A stretch of 64,000 nt of DNA, taken from NCBI GenBank assembly GCA_965202585.1, contig OZ241826.1, forward strand, positions 88,908,001-88,972,000, written 5' to 3'. The position numbers were made by a program, and so were the translations under genes. The stretch's first letter is position 1. The number at the start of each line of letters is the position of its first letter. The DNA comes from Thalia democratica. Taxonomy: Eukaryota. Positions 33,600 to 47,213 of the stretch are shown one piece after another. Below the pieces are notes generated by a model. That model was not told the DNA's origin. It ran no database searches and saw only the letters and a list, made by a program, of their open reading frames with translations.

Positions 33600-36367
33600 A
33601 GAATTACAACATAAGTTTCCACAGTTCAAAATTTGTTTCTTCATTAAAATTAATACTATATACGAAATAATTTTCAACCAAAATTTGAAAATTATAACAC
33701 TTTTATAATTATATTTGTTGCTTGGTGTTAGCAGTTATTTTTACATTCTTTATTTTCTGATGCTAAATTTTCTATAATGACCTCAATTTAATTTTGTACA
33801 TGCATAAATTTCTCTATTACTTTATAAATGTTAACTTTTAATTTTTTTTTACTAAATTATTCAGTTTTTTAATTCAAATACCATTTTAACTAATATTCAA
33901 TTTTTCCTGAGCTTATATTTTATTATTTGTAAACTTTATTCCGTGGAGTGCATAAAATCTTAATTCACTTAAATTATTTTTGACTTTATATGATGAGCTT
34001 ACATATATTTTTTGAAATCCATGTACACATTTTTATTTTGTTGTTAATTCTGTCGACAGTTTTCGTGCTATATACAAAAGCAATACGTTATTTTCAAAAG
34101 TGTATTAATATATAAATCCTCGTTGACTTTAAAAAAGAAGTCTTTAATATATCAATAAGCTGTGATAGAAATAAAAGTTACTAGCAATCTTAAAGCTTTA
34201 GTGTAACTGTTTGTGTGTTAAAAACTCATTCATTGTATAAAGTAATTCTGTCAGTAGATTTTTATATCTGAAGATACATTATGAAATAAACTTTTGTGTT
34301 AAATTTTATATTTTCAAATTAGTACTGTTAAGTAAGTTACTTAAATTATAACATTTAAAAACTTGAAAAAAAAAACATATAAAGCATGTTTGAAAACGAG
34401 ATAAAATTTTGTGAATTCAAATATATTAATGAAATTGATATTAAAAAAGCTTCACCTTGTGTATTAATCAATTATTATTTAATTTTTACTATGGTCAGGG
34501 TTGCCACAAAGTCAGAAAAACTAAGAAAAGTGACAAAAGTCAGGAAAAAATGGGGGTTTTTGAAAAAAAGTCAGGAAAAAAGGAAACCAAAGTCTTCAAG
34601 TGGTAAAAAAAAAATATTAAAAAATCTTTAAAATCAGACTAAAACTGCAAAATTTTCCTAGAAATTTACAAAATTATTTAATTTCCAATGCCTTTATCTG
34701 GTATAAGTTAATTATTTTCCTTTATAAAACTGCAAAGTTTTTTATCAACTTGCAAAATAAGAGGTAAAAATAAATAAGTGCAAAAAGGAATGAAGCCCAC
34801 AAATTATGGTTAGATTTAGAGAAAATATTCAGCAAGTGTAGAGGCAGCAGATGAGAACGATTTAAATATAATGAGGAAAATGTTTCAACTGCCAAGAAAA
34901 TGAAGCGGGATGCAAACCAAATGAAGGAAACCATATCTTCATTAAATGAAGAGGTTAAAGTGCTAATAAAGTAACGGAGAATATAAAATTTTAGTACATA
35001 TATTAAAAAAACAGTGTTTGATTAAGTTCTTTATTGTTTTAAAGTTTTTATTGTAAAACTACGTTATTGTTTTAAGGTTTTAGTTGTGAAAGTTCGTTAT
35101 TTATTTAAGGTTTCAATTGTAAAATTTTCTTATATGTCGTTCCGTTTATTTAGATACATTTATGTTAGGAAATACTAAAAAAATATGTCATTTTTCAGAC
35201 AAGCTGTGTTTATAAGGTAATAATACAAGTATTTTGCTGATAGAGCTGTTTATTGCAAATACATCGATCATACACAGATGGTTCAAGTGATGTAATGGAA
35301 GTTTGATGATTGAAGTCAGCAAAAAAAACTGTTGTTTTAACCCCTGACTAAAGGGTTTATTTGCTATTATCGTTTAAAAACTATTATTTTCACGGTTTTA
35401 CTGTTTTTTATAAAAAAAGAAAAAACAATTATAAACTATATTTAGTTATTGTTTTGAAACTACAGTTCAAGTACATTATAGGTTTTCTGTTTCAAAAAAC
35501 ACAAAAAAAAAAGTAAAACTTACAAAACGAAAACACAGTACAAAGAATAAGAATTTTTTATGCCATCCCTACAACTAGAAGTTCTATTATGAGTTTGAAC
35601 ATGAGAATGCATACACAGATCTCTACTTCATTGAAGAAATGGATGGGGAAAAAACATTTATTTCTAGAAAAAATATTTATCAAACTGAATTTCGCTGAAA
35701 TAGCTAGTCAGTAAACCATATAAATATTGAACAAGTAGTTACGTGTTTGCAATATTACATTAGAATACAACGAAAAATTAAACTGTTTATTGCGCTGACA
35801 ATCTCTTTGAGAGAAACTAAATTTACCGAATAGACTTAAAAAAAAAACGATAAAAAAACTACGCAAGTTCTTGTTTTACAACAGTTACAAAACTGATGTA
35901 CTTCCAATAACTGAGCTGGTAGGAAAACATAAAATTTTAAATTTAGTTTAGTTTTTAATTAAACTGTTTGAAAAGGTAAAATAATGTGTTCTGAAAAATG
36001 TGTACGTTGTACTTTTTCTTTTGTTACAAACTAAAACGAATGCGTTCAAAAAATAGATATCAAAACGGGTAAAACTTAAAATTCAAAAGTATTAAATGTA
36101 AGGTTCTAAACTAAAAAGTCGTTCGAAGTAAAAGTAGAATTCTTTTTAATATCGTTGAAAAACTGTCTTTGCAGATAAAAATCAGTAAATAAAAAACTAT
36201 TTAGGTGCACAAATACCACGACATTTAACGACAGCATAACATATCGAAGATCATCACAGAAGCATACAAGTAGTAAAATTTATAGTGTTATATGTCTTAT
36301 AAATTATTTAGGTTTTGCCATAACAAAACTTGTACTTTTTTTACCACAAAATGTTTTCGATACTTAC

Positions 36368-36491
36368 GCTTTCAAGCAGCTGTCTTATGTCTCTTTCGTC
36401 AGCACCAACTGTTAAAATGTAGAACATTTTTTTAACTTAATAAGTTCAATTTTTTAAACTCACGGCTTTCTGCATACGACCCTGATGCAGA
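36368..36491 (-). CDS. Two candidate micro-exons (36491-36464, 28 nt; 36408-36368, 41 nt) of an unidentified gene
   Basis: ttttaacag|TCTGCA..AGCC|gtgagt, 55-nt intron, ttttaacag|TTGGTG..AAAGC|gtaagt. In-frame join gives SASGSYAESLGADERDIRQLLES. Confidence 0.45.
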
Positions 36492-37679
36492 CTGTTAAAA
36501 ACTTGCAGGTTCTGCCATTGAAATTTCGAGTATATTAATTTTATCACTTACACACTTAAGTTTTTCGTTGCATAGCTTTTCAATAGTAATCTACACTCAT
36601 ATAAGTTTTACACTTGAAAATAAAATCTTTTACACGATGCCAAAGTTTCTTTATTTTACTTATGCCAAAAGTACACACTCTAAGTTGATTACTTATACTT
36701 TTGTATGAAATAAAGTTAAATTTGTTTTGTGTTTCCATTAAGCACATATATTTAAATAAAAATATTGATTCAGCGTTTGCAAATTTTGGTTTATACCCTG
36801 CATAAATTTTTAGCTAGAACACAAAGTTAAAACTAAATTTAAATTAAGTTTTACAATAAAGAGTGTTATTTTAAATTTATTTTAAGTTTATGTTTGTAAC
36901 CAGTTTGATGTAAAAAGTAGTGATAAAGTGCTTTTAAAATAGTTAATAAAAAAATGCACAATATTGTTTCAAAATTTAATTACAAGTGTCACACATTTTA
37001 GGTTGAATAATATTTTGATTATATGTCAAGTTTGTCTGAACACGATTTCGTATTCTGTGAATTTACACTACAAAATGTAGTTTAAGTACAAAACTGTCAA
37101 AAAGTGTCAAAACCAAAAAAGCCATTTAAAGTTCAGTTAATCATTTTTATAGTTTATTTGAATTTTGAAAAACGTAGTTGATTGATAACTAGCATTGAAA
37201 GTACTTACAAAATGTGCTGACTATCGAATCAAATTGTTGTAATATATAAATGAAATATTTTGTTAACTACTTGTTTTATTTCCATGCATTTAGGGAATAT
37301 ATCACTGTAAGAAAAAAAAAATTATTTAATTTCTTACTTCTAATTGCAAACAATAATATTAGAGTATAAAATTAATTATTTTTATTACACAACATTAAAG
37401 TCAATTAATTGTTAGTACGAGATATGTAAATTACAACAAAAATATTGCTTTATCATTAACTTTAATTTATTATTAACAAAGTTATTACTGACTATTAGTT
37501 TATTCTCATTGCAAACACTTATATTTTGGATATGAAAACAAATTATTTCTTTTAAATGGCATTTTACTTAATGCATTTTTAATATGATAATGTAAGTTAA
37601 AAAAAAATCATACTACATAACCTGTACTAATAGATTTTTTTTAACTAATAATATTTATACAGTTTATCAGTTCGTAAAT

Positions 37680-38015
37680 ATGAGTTCATTGATCAGCATA
37701 TTCTTCAGGGAGCTAACTTCAACAGTTCTGGAACAGCTGGCTAGAGAGTCGATCGTCATAGCCCGGAACTGGGTCTTTGATCAGCTGTGCCCTCCCGTGC
37801 AGAACACTCCGGCTTTCAGAGTTCCTCTTCCTCCCAAAATTTTTGTTCCGGCGCCTGCGAATCTGAGGCTGCAAGTCCCAGCACAGTTAGATGTTCAAGT
37901 TCCAGCTATAGTTCCTTGCCTTCAGCGGTTTGTGATAGTTGAGAAGGCTTGCAACAGTTTGGACGAAAGAGTCACCGGCATTGAAAAGATTTTGGCAGCG
38001 AAAACTACTGAATAG
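37680..38015 (+). CDS. Orphan 111-aa protein (Pro-rich middle, short C-terminal coiled-coil-like segment)
   Basis: GC-richer island in very AT-rich DNA; acceptor-like tttatacag at 37662 before the ATG; AATAAA at 38143. No recognisable domain. Confidence 0.55.
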   Translation: MSSLISIFFRELTSTVLEQLARESIVIARNWVFDQLCPPVQNTPAFRVPLPPKIFVPAPANLRLQVPAQLDVQVPAIVPCLQRFVIVEKACNSLDERVTGIEKILAAKTTE

Positions 38016-40803
38016 TATTCGATTGTGATTTTTGAATTTTCCTTGTTACTATGAGTTAAGTGTTACTGTTGTTAAAAATGTGCTATGTTTATTCAAATCA
38101 TTATGTTGTTGAATTTTTAATTGTCTATGTTTGTACTTAATTAATAAAAATGCACATGATTACTGTTTAATGCTTATGTAGTTAAAATTACTTTAGTAAA
38201 AATATAAAAAAAAAAGAGTTTAGTTTTCTTAGCGTTAATGCAATACGATTATAGTGTTACAAGCATCGAAACATAATCTCATTTTTAGCAGTAAAAAAAT
38301 AATAGTCTTGTTAGAAGTGTCGTTTTAACTTTAAATAAATGAGTTTTTAGCAACTAACTTTCTAACTTACTTATCATGATTTCGCAAAGTAGGAAACATA
38401 GCCATCAGTTTATAGTTCAGTTGGCAAATTGGTAAAGGGACTCAAATAAATGGAAAACGTTATAAATTTGCCAAGTAGTGATCTACTGGATCAACAATCC
38501 TAATTCCTACTGGATCCGGCCGGATATCAATGTTATGTGACTTAATTCAATCGTTTCAAGCTTTTCAATTTCACCATTTAACTTATCTACTGCATAGAAA
38601 GCTCTTGAGAGTAAATGTGTGTATGCAGCTCTGCAAAGCACTTTATCAGCCTGTATCATACTATTTCTAGTTATTGTACAGTACAGTTTTTAACAGCATC
38701 TTTGTGCCGCTTGTTTTGCATTATCTGAAAAATTATTTTCCGAAGTTAGCAACTCGCGCGAGAGCATAAGCGAAATCTTTGAAAATTTGGAGAAAAGCGT
38801 CTGTTTCTCCACCACACCTCAAAAAAAAAAAAAAAAAAGAAAATCAGCATCAATTTTTAAAAGGTACAACAGTTGCTTTTTGCTGTTTTTCGCACGTGCT
38901 CTTTGCTGGCTTTGTCAGTTAAACTGTTTAAACTTACGACCGGACTATCTGCATTCGATCTTGATGTTGACTGCTGAAATTTTTTTTTGTTATATATTTT
39001 GCATTAGTTTTGTTATTAATAGATTAAGCTATCTGTTGCACTCGATTACATGGTGTTTCATTAATGACCTACAATAGTACAAAAGTTATACCTAGAAAAT
39101 TTTTTTTTTTGTTCTAGGACGCCAAAGTTTTTGTATTTCAATTATGCTAAACCTAGGTAGGTATCATTAAATTAAATTTAAGTTTTTTGTTGCATTTGGT
39201 TACATGGTTTTTCATTAATTGTCTACAAAAGTACAATTTTAGATTTATTTTGTTCTAGGACGCCAAACTTTCTTAAATTTATCTATGCTAAACTAGATAG
39301 TTGTCAAAAAGTTATAATTGCTATTTTTCTTTCACTATTGCTTTTACACCTAACTTTTCGTTAGCAACTTTATTATTCTTGTTTTCTAACACTATTTAAT
39401 TTATTTATTATATGCTTTTTATTATCATTTTTACCCCTAAACCTTATCCTTGGTCGGTATTTTTATCATTATAATGTTTTAATTTTTTAAATTTATTTTT
39501 ACTATCACTTTACCCCTAACCCTTTTTGTTCTTTGTTGTTTTTTTTTAGTAATGCCTAAACAATGAATAAGCTTTCATTTAAGATATAAATTTAAGTTCA
39601 GGACAAATGCAAGTGATCGTATTACAATAAAAAAACATGAGCTTTACGAATCAAACCTTTTTTTTTTTTGTTGTGATTCCTATTTTTTAAGATCGTTTTT
39701 ATCTAGGTAAATGAAAATCCGAACCTAAACAGTTTAAGTGGCAAGGAAACACCACCAAAGAACTTCTTACTATATTTGACGCATTTCTCTTAGAGCCAAG
39801 CGTACTTAACGTACATGTACATAAGTTTGCAAATCGCAAAAATCTGACTACTTTTAAAATATATTTTAAATATAAATTGGTTGTTTTTTCAAACACTAAA
39901 ACTTTCAAAAATGAATTTTAAGTGTCGTTCCAGCTTGTAGGAATGCTTCGTGCAGCTTGTTAATGGCTTGTACACTGCACGAACGTTATGCGTTCTTACG
40001 AATTCGGCTAACACTCTGTGCCTGCCTCTTTTTGAGGAAGCTCTCAAAATGCTATAAAACTCTGGCTTTAAAAAGAAGTAGATACATAAAAAGTATGGTG
40101 TTTTTTTCTTGTTTTACGTGAAAGTTGTATCAAAAATTAATAAAAAACGACTACATCTTAAAACTTGTCGAAGTTTTGATACATTATGAAAACTAATTTT
40201 TTGTTATTACTGTAAGCTTTAAAATAAACGCCAAACTATTTTTTGTAAAAAAAGTTCATTCAATCCTTTCAGCTTAAAGTGTTTTCCTAGTCAAAACTCA
40301 GTTTTTAAGTCCTCCTTATTTCACTTTAAAAATCTATTTATTAGAACTTATTTTTTTATTAAAATGTGATTTACATTGATTTATTACTGATTTCATTTAT
40401 AGCTAGAAAATTGAAATAAATATTTATTTCAATTTGAAAATAAAATTTTTATTTTTTAGTGATCAATACATTCAATATTTTATGATAATTTTGACTTGTA
40501 TATGCATTTGGCAAAGTAAATTTTTTCTAGAATAATATTTCCTGAGCATTCTAAATGCCTTGTTTTCCTGCTTATATGCAAACTTACTTTTAGTGTCTTT
40601 GAAAATAGTTAAGTTAACTGTTGGTTATCTTTAAAAAGTCAATTGGAACTTTTGAAAACTTGCGCACAGACGAAAACAATAGAATGATAGAAGAAACTAG
40701 TTGACAAAACCACTTAACAAGAAAGAAACTAACTAAAGTAAATTAATATGTTTATTATTGCGAAAAAGAGCGATGAATGCTTTCAAAACTGTCTCTGCTC
40801 TTC

Positions 40804-41172
40804 TTACGTCATCTCAGGACTTTCCACATTGAAACTTTTGAGGCTTGCGTTTTCACCTTTCCGCTTGCCGGCGCGAGCGAGAAGCAGCTTTTCGTTCCGC
40901 CTCCGCCACGCTTCAATGATTTTAAGGTTTTCCGCGCGGGCGTTCATCCTCGCCAACGTTTCATCCATATTTCCCAAGTTGAAATTGTAGTTGCCACAAG
41001 CGACGATGCGGTCGTACCCATTGAGCGCCACCGCGTGGTTCGATTCCGGGCAAGCTCGGTTTCCGACGTTCGAATGGGGGTTGGACGCTGCTTCGAGACC
41101 GTCCAAAAACCGGGAAAAGTCCATGCGAACCAGCGAGTAGGCCTGCGGAAGATTTGGAAGATCAAAGCTCAT
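40804..41172 (-). CDS. Orphan 122-aa ORF, or first coding exon of a longer gene
   Basis: About 55% GC island by eye, starting at ATG just after an acceptor-like aaagcag. The apparent stop (ACG TAA) overlaps a donor-like AC|GTAAGA at 40807. Basic C-terminal stretch WRRRNEKLLLARAGKRK. Confidence 0.55.
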   Translation of the reverse strand: MSFDLPNLPQAYSLVRMDFSRFLDGLEAASNPHSNVGNRACPESNHAVALNGYDRIVACGNYNFNLGNMDETLARMNARAENLKIIEAWRRRNEKLLLARAGKRKGENASLKSFNVESPEMT

Positions 41173-41542
41173 TCTTGCTGCTTTATTACTAATTACTTTT
41201 TAAATTGGCTGCTAAAGTTTATAACAGTATCAGTTTTTGAGGCTGAAACTTAATGTATGTAAAAATAACAGTTTAAACTTGCTTTAGCAAGCTTGCTTTA
41301 AACTACAAACTCTTTTATAACTTTTAACGTACAAAAAAATAAAAACCTTTAGAAGTAAACTTGAACATTTATAAATGTACTTAAAGATTTAATTAACAAG
41401 GTTATAATAAATTTTATACTCGAAGATATAAAAGAAAATCACTAAATATAGCAATATTTAAATAATAATAAAAATATCATTTGGCTACTACTCAAATCAA
41501 AAAAAAAAAAAAAAACATAAAATGCTCCAAAGATCTACTTAA

Positions 41543-41938
41543 TGGGTTTCCGTCAAACTTACACGAGCGTACATATTGACTAAATTGCACTAAGAATAAA
41601 ATTGCACGAAGGGTCACTTTTGCACGAGCAGACAATTTTGCACGGGCTAACGTTCTTTTTAATAATTTTTTATTAATATGTATTTTAATTTATATTATTT
41701 TTAATTTAATTTTTTTTTTAAATTTAAACTGTTACCCCTAGCCCCTAACACTCGGTCGGTAATTTTTTTTTCTTTTTGACTTTTTATTAATTCATCTTAT
41801 AGTTTTTTTTTTGTTTTTTTATATATATCTTTTTCTGTTTTTTTTTACTCTAGCAAAATTGACCCTTTTTGCATATTTGTCTTCGTTCAATTTTGTTCCC
41901 TTATGCAATTTGTCTTTGTGCAAATTTGATCCGTTCCC
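41543..41938. mobile_element. Non-autonomous DNA element with GGG..CCC ends and TTGCACG subterminal repeats
   Basis: gggtttccgtcaaacttacac versus gtgcaaatttgatccgttccc; repeated (t/a)ttgcacg on the left and tgcaa(a/t)tt on the right; internal ccctagcccctaac core. Confidence 0.55.
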
Positions 41939-41988
41939 CAATTTAACACTTTAGTTAGTTTATGCTAATGAAAACAAGTTTAAAAGAA

Positions 41989-42125
41989 GTAGTGATGTAC
42001 CGGACCCACAATTTCAGGTCCGGCCGAACCCGGATCCGGAATTTTTTTTCAAATTGGAATCTGGCTGGAACCGGATCCGGATTTTTTTCAAAATAAGATC
42101 TGGCCAGATCCGGAACCGGATCTTA
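41989..42125 (+). mobile_element. hAT-like terminus with CCGGAT(CCGG) subterminal repeats (related fragment at about 38474-38530)
   Basis: Starts TAGTGATGTACCGG and is followed by several ccggatccgg-type motifs. Confidence 0.45.
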
Positions 42126-42765
42126 ATACTCTTAGCTATTTGTATTGTAAGTAGTATAATACTACTATGTACGATAATGCAATCTTATATAACTAATTAC
42201 TAACTAAGTATAATTGTGTGAAGTTTATCGTTTATGTGTAATATCTAAATATATACTTTTGAATTTTGAAAAAGCTATAGTTTGAAAAGAATTTAGACTA
42301 AAAAATATAAATGTGCAGCTAAAATAATTAAATAATAAGAAAGTTTATGATATGTTATTAAGGTCTAGTTAAGATTAACAGTTCAAAATAGTGGCTGGTA
42401 TGTTTGCTAATTTTCTGAACAATATTTATAATTAAATTTTTTTCAAATTGAAAGAACAAAAGAAAAACTTTAAATTGAAAGAACAGTAAAAAATACTTCA
42501 AATTGAAGGAAAAATAAAAAACACTAAAACATCTTTTTTGCTAAACTTATAAAATTTTCATGATTTTTTACAACCAGAATATCACCTAATTTTAGCTAAT
42601 ATCAGGGTTGCCACTCTTTGATTCAGAAAAACTAACCTGAGTGATTATAAACTTTCCTGAGTCAGAATGAGGTTTTGAAAAACCAAGAAAATAATTACTT
42701 TAAGCTAATAATCAGTAGAACAGCTAGCCACAAGGTTGAACATTTTAAGTAATGTTTCCAATTAA

Positions 42766-43378
42766 GGCTATAGGGGGGTTAAACACTTTTTTAAAAGTTG
42801 ATCTTATTTAAAAGAATACTATCTTAGCTACCAGATGCTTTTTAAAGCTTTACAAAATTTAAAGTAGTTTTTGAGATATAAGCGGTTAAAGCCGGAGAGT
42901 TCCATAGGGACCTAATGGAAGGCGCAAGCTAAAAACGCAGAAATATCCATTTAACTAAAAATATAATTCCTCCTAGGTATTTTAAGCTAGGTATCTCAAA
43001 TTTTCAAAAAAAATATTCCTTACATAGTTTAAAAGCTTTTGAGTGTTGGAATTTCAAATAATTGACATTTACAAATTTAAGGTCTAGAATTCAAAAAAAC
43101 ACCTTTTTTCTCCAAATAAAAAAATTCCTACACTCAAGTGATTTAAAATTTAATAAAGAGTAAACTGTAAAAATTTGTATAAGATTGCTTAAAAACTGTA
43201 GGAGGAGATAGATTTTTAATAAAATGGTTTTTTTTCGCCTTTTTAGTTTGCACCTTTTATAAGGAAGCTATTGAGCTTGCCGGCTTTGTCCCTTTTTTCT
43301 CGAAAACTACTTTGAACTTTGTTAAGCTGTAAAAAGTATCTGGTAGCTAAGATCTAGTGTAAGTTTCAAACTATGGCC
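42766..43378. mobile_element. Kolobok-like MITE, copy 3 (both ends present)
   Basis: ttaa|GGCTATAGGGGGG ... CTATGGCC|ttga. Subterminal ~55-bp inverted repeat atcttagctaccagatgc...agtagtttttgaga / tctcgaaaactact...gtatctggtagctaagat. Confidence 0.7.
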
Positions 43379-44610
43379 TTGAGGCTCCCTTTTTTACGGC
43401 TTGTGGCCCCCTTCAATTTTTTTTTTTCATAATATCTCGTATAAGATTCAAAGCTATCATCAAAGACACCTATAACTTTTTTTTGCCCTTCATCATCAAC
43501 TCCAGAATATCTAGTGTAAGATAGTAAATTTAAAAAAACCTATTTAAGTTATGACTAGTGCACCTCAAAATTAATTTCATGCAATCATAAAGTTTCGTGA
43601 ACCCCAAATTTTTTTTTGTACACTAGTGCACACTTTGAAGACCAATGGGTTAGAAAATTTCAGTGCATTACCCAAACAACTATAAAATTTTTGACTTTTA
43701 ACAGCAATTCATACAAACAGAAACTGTATAGCAGTCATTATGCAAAATGGAGCTAGAATTAATTTTAATGAACATTTACTGCTAGATTTAAGCTAAGTTT
43801 TATTCCAAAAAATCCCAGATTTAAGTTCATAATTAGTTCCGACTAGTTAATAATTTGTAAGCTTTATACCACTTGGTATTTTGTAATGTTTTTTATGGTT
43901 ATTTACAATATTTGGTATTGTTTAAATCAAAAAAGTCTGGGTTAGCCCTAAGCATTTTGATTTTTATGTACTAAAAGCAAAAAAGTTATAATAAACTTTA
44001 ATAATTTAAAATATTAAACTATAGAACTATTAAATTATTAAAATGACTTAATATTTTGGGAAAGAACATAAATCAAAAGTATGTAGTAACACAAGGCTTA
44101 AAAAGTATCCAATACATCCAAAATTTTGCAAAAAAAAATTTAACAAGCTTGAAGTTTTAAAGTACTCTGACTTAAATAGACATGAATTCATACGCAATTT
44201 ATTCAAATAATTTTAAAGTGTTTTCCGTTTCTTATGCAAAAATATTTTTTTAAGAGTTGTCCAGCAAAGTAGGAAGGTTGCAGACTAGATATTTTCAACC
44301 AAACTATTTTAGATTTTTTTTAAGTGTGGCCACTAGTTTTTTAGAAAAATCTTCCAGGTTTTTTATTTTCAATTTTGTAAATAAGAGTTTATTATTCTCT
44401 TTTAAGAAGAAAAATGAGTTTACAGTGACTTTTTTTTAAATCAATAAAAAAATACTGTGATGCTACTTGAAAAACGTTTAGTTATAAATTAATCTCTGAG
44501 TAGCATATAAAACTTTTATTTATTATGTTAGTTTCTGACATTTGTCAAAATTTATTCAAACAAGCCTAAGTCACCCTGACTTTTCCTAGTTTTAAACCCC
44601 GTATTTATTT

Positions 44611-44948
44611 CAGGGTTGCCAAATGTTTTTGGAAAATTTTCTATAGGTTTTTAAAATTTTCTCTGGGGCTTTAAAAGTAGATATTTTTGGGTCTGTTTTT
44701 AGTTTAAAGTTTAGTTTAAAGTAAGAAACTGAGTTAAATAGTCTAAAAATATTGAAAAGATACTGCAAAGCTACTTTAAATGTTTTATAAAAAAAAATTG
44801 ATGGCGACAAAATTTTTTTTATCTATATGATAGATTTTTTGTGTCAAAACGAAATTTTACTACTGAACATGTTAAAATATTTTAAGTACCAGGGTTTTCC
44901 AGAATTTTTAGCCTAAATTGTTAAATCCAAGGTATTTTGGCAACCCTG
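44611..44948. mobile_element. hAT-like MITE with CAGGGTTGCCA termini
   Basis: CAGGGTTGCCAAA at 44611 and TTTTGGCAACCCTG ending at 44948. Confidence 0.75.
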
Positions 44949-47213
44949 TTAATTAGAAAAACAAAAGTCATAGTAAAACTATGCACTATATGAAGTAAAA
45001 ACTGAAGCTTAGCTTCAAAAATGCATCAGTACTAGTTATAAAAGTCAAACTATTCATGGGCGCACTGTCACTTAGTTTGAGTGTTTATCAATTTGAATTT
45101 TACTTTATGTTAAGGCAGATTCATGAACTCTACTTAGCATGATAATTTCTAATTTGTCTTCTTCTCAGCTTAAATTATTACAGTTCATTTTAAACCAATC
45201 ATATCAACTGTTCTGCCATAAAAGATTTAAAGTTTTTTTATGATTTTTTTTTACATAGTGACATATTTCTTTTAATGATAAATCTTTACACAATTTAAAT
45301 TAACTAAAGATGTCCCAATCAATGAGGTTAGTCAAACTTTTAGTTTTAAAGTAAAAGCTAAAAAGTCACTTTACTCATGTCTGTAAACTATTTAAAAATA
45401 AAATTGAATAATCACATTTTGATAATTTTTGAGAATAAGAATTTGGAATTAAAGAACAAAATATCAAAACTTTTACAAGTATTTAAATGATATACTTTTA
45501 TACAATGCAAATTCTTAATTACATAAAGTGACATTTGTAGAAATAGTTGAATAAGTTTTTAATAAACTAAATAAATTCTTTTTTAGAGCAGTAAACCATT
45601 AGTTCATTTTCAATTTTTTTAATAAAGTTGTGTTCTTTTACTTAACAAATGAAACCTGTCTCATTTTCAAAATAAGCCTCTTAATAAATAAACAAAATTG
45701 AATCTTTTTTGACTAAAATATTAGTTTTATGAATGAGTGTTATATTTTGCCCAGTTCTACTATTTTTTCTGATAAGTTTGTTTTGTTTTAAATGATAAAC
45801 GTTCACAGCCATTGTAAATATGGGCTTTTTAAAAAAAGACTTTAAAGCTATTTTGGAAAATCCGTCTGTTCTGTACTCTTTCTAAGTTTTACCCACAACG
45901 GCTGTTTTTATTTAAAAAATTTGTTCCTAATTTGTAAAAAATATGGCAAAGCATCTTTATTTATAGCACTGCTAACTATTTTTTTATCAACTGTTGTTTT
46001 TTGATCAAGTTTGAAACATTTTCTTTTTTTTAAACTGTCTATTGAATATGTCAGGAACCAGAGTGCTTATTTTGCTATACTAACTGAATACTTAATAAAT
46101 ATCAAACGTTTGTTGGTTAAAAATACAATGTCAGGTTAGATTAATTTTTGTAAACAATTGTCAGACTGTTTGATTGAAAAATTTAAACAGCTGCTCTACA
46201 AGGTTCTAAGAGTTTTTATGAACTTAGAATAGATACATAAAATTTAAGATATCCACAAAAAGAGATAGAAAACAAGTCACAAAACTATTTGTAAACAAAT
46301 TAACAAATAGATTAAAAATAAATGCAAAATATACATCAAAATGTACAATTTAGAGTATTTAGACCTTTCCTTTGCGCTGTTTTGTTTTATTTTTTTTACC
46401 AAAACAAGATGAAATTTTTAGACTACTTTAAAAGTGTTTCTCTGTGTTCAACACTTTGATACTCTAGTACTAGTTAGAAGTTTGAAAACTTTTTGCTAAA
46501 ACGAAGACGGTAAATCAAAAGGCTGGCATGTTATTCATAGAGTCATGCTCATGGTCACCAATTAGGCGTGGCAAACTTTACAATCAAAAGTATTAACTAA
46601 AATGTTTAAATGGTGAACTATGTGACAAAAAATGTTTGTATTGTGATAGTATAATCTTTCAACTCATTTTGTGTTTCGTTGAACTCATACTAAACATTTC
46701 TAACAATATTTTGTTTGTAAATAAGTCAAAACATTAAATTTAGTGAATCAGATATAATTTCTAAACCAGAGCCACCAGAATTCCACTGATTGAAAAACGT
46801 ATTGTTTTAATTTAAACCGTTATGCTTAGATACTATGAGGTATTTATTATAGAAGTATAGCATTTACGTTGGAAATTCGTTAAATTAGTGCAAAATATAA
46901 AACTTTTTATGCCTAACCTATTAGCTGTTTTAACATACTGTTTATGTACTTAAAAAAAACTAAGTTCTATTTTGCTTATGTTGTTTGTACTACTTTAAAG
47001 CTTTATCTTGGTTTCAGTTCAGTTGTAACGGCTTTCAACAAACAGCAAAATTGAACTTTTGCTTTAATTCCTAAAGAATAAAATGAAATATGAAAGAAAC
47101 CTTAATGTTCTTCGTGACAGCTTTATTCAAATCTAATTTATTCAAAAGCATGTTCTTTATTTAAATTAAAGAACATGCTTCTAACACTTTATACATTTCA
47201 CTGATGATTAGTT

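Noticed and set aside
34820-34975. Coiled-coil-like + strand stretch RFKYNEEN...EEVKVLIK*
   Set aside because: Short, frameshift-prone and without start or splice support; at best a degraded relic.
29113-41760. TTAGGG-containing motifs as interstitial telomere repeats
   Set aside because: Only one or two imperfect units each, embedded in the conserved core of a dispersed non-autonomous element.
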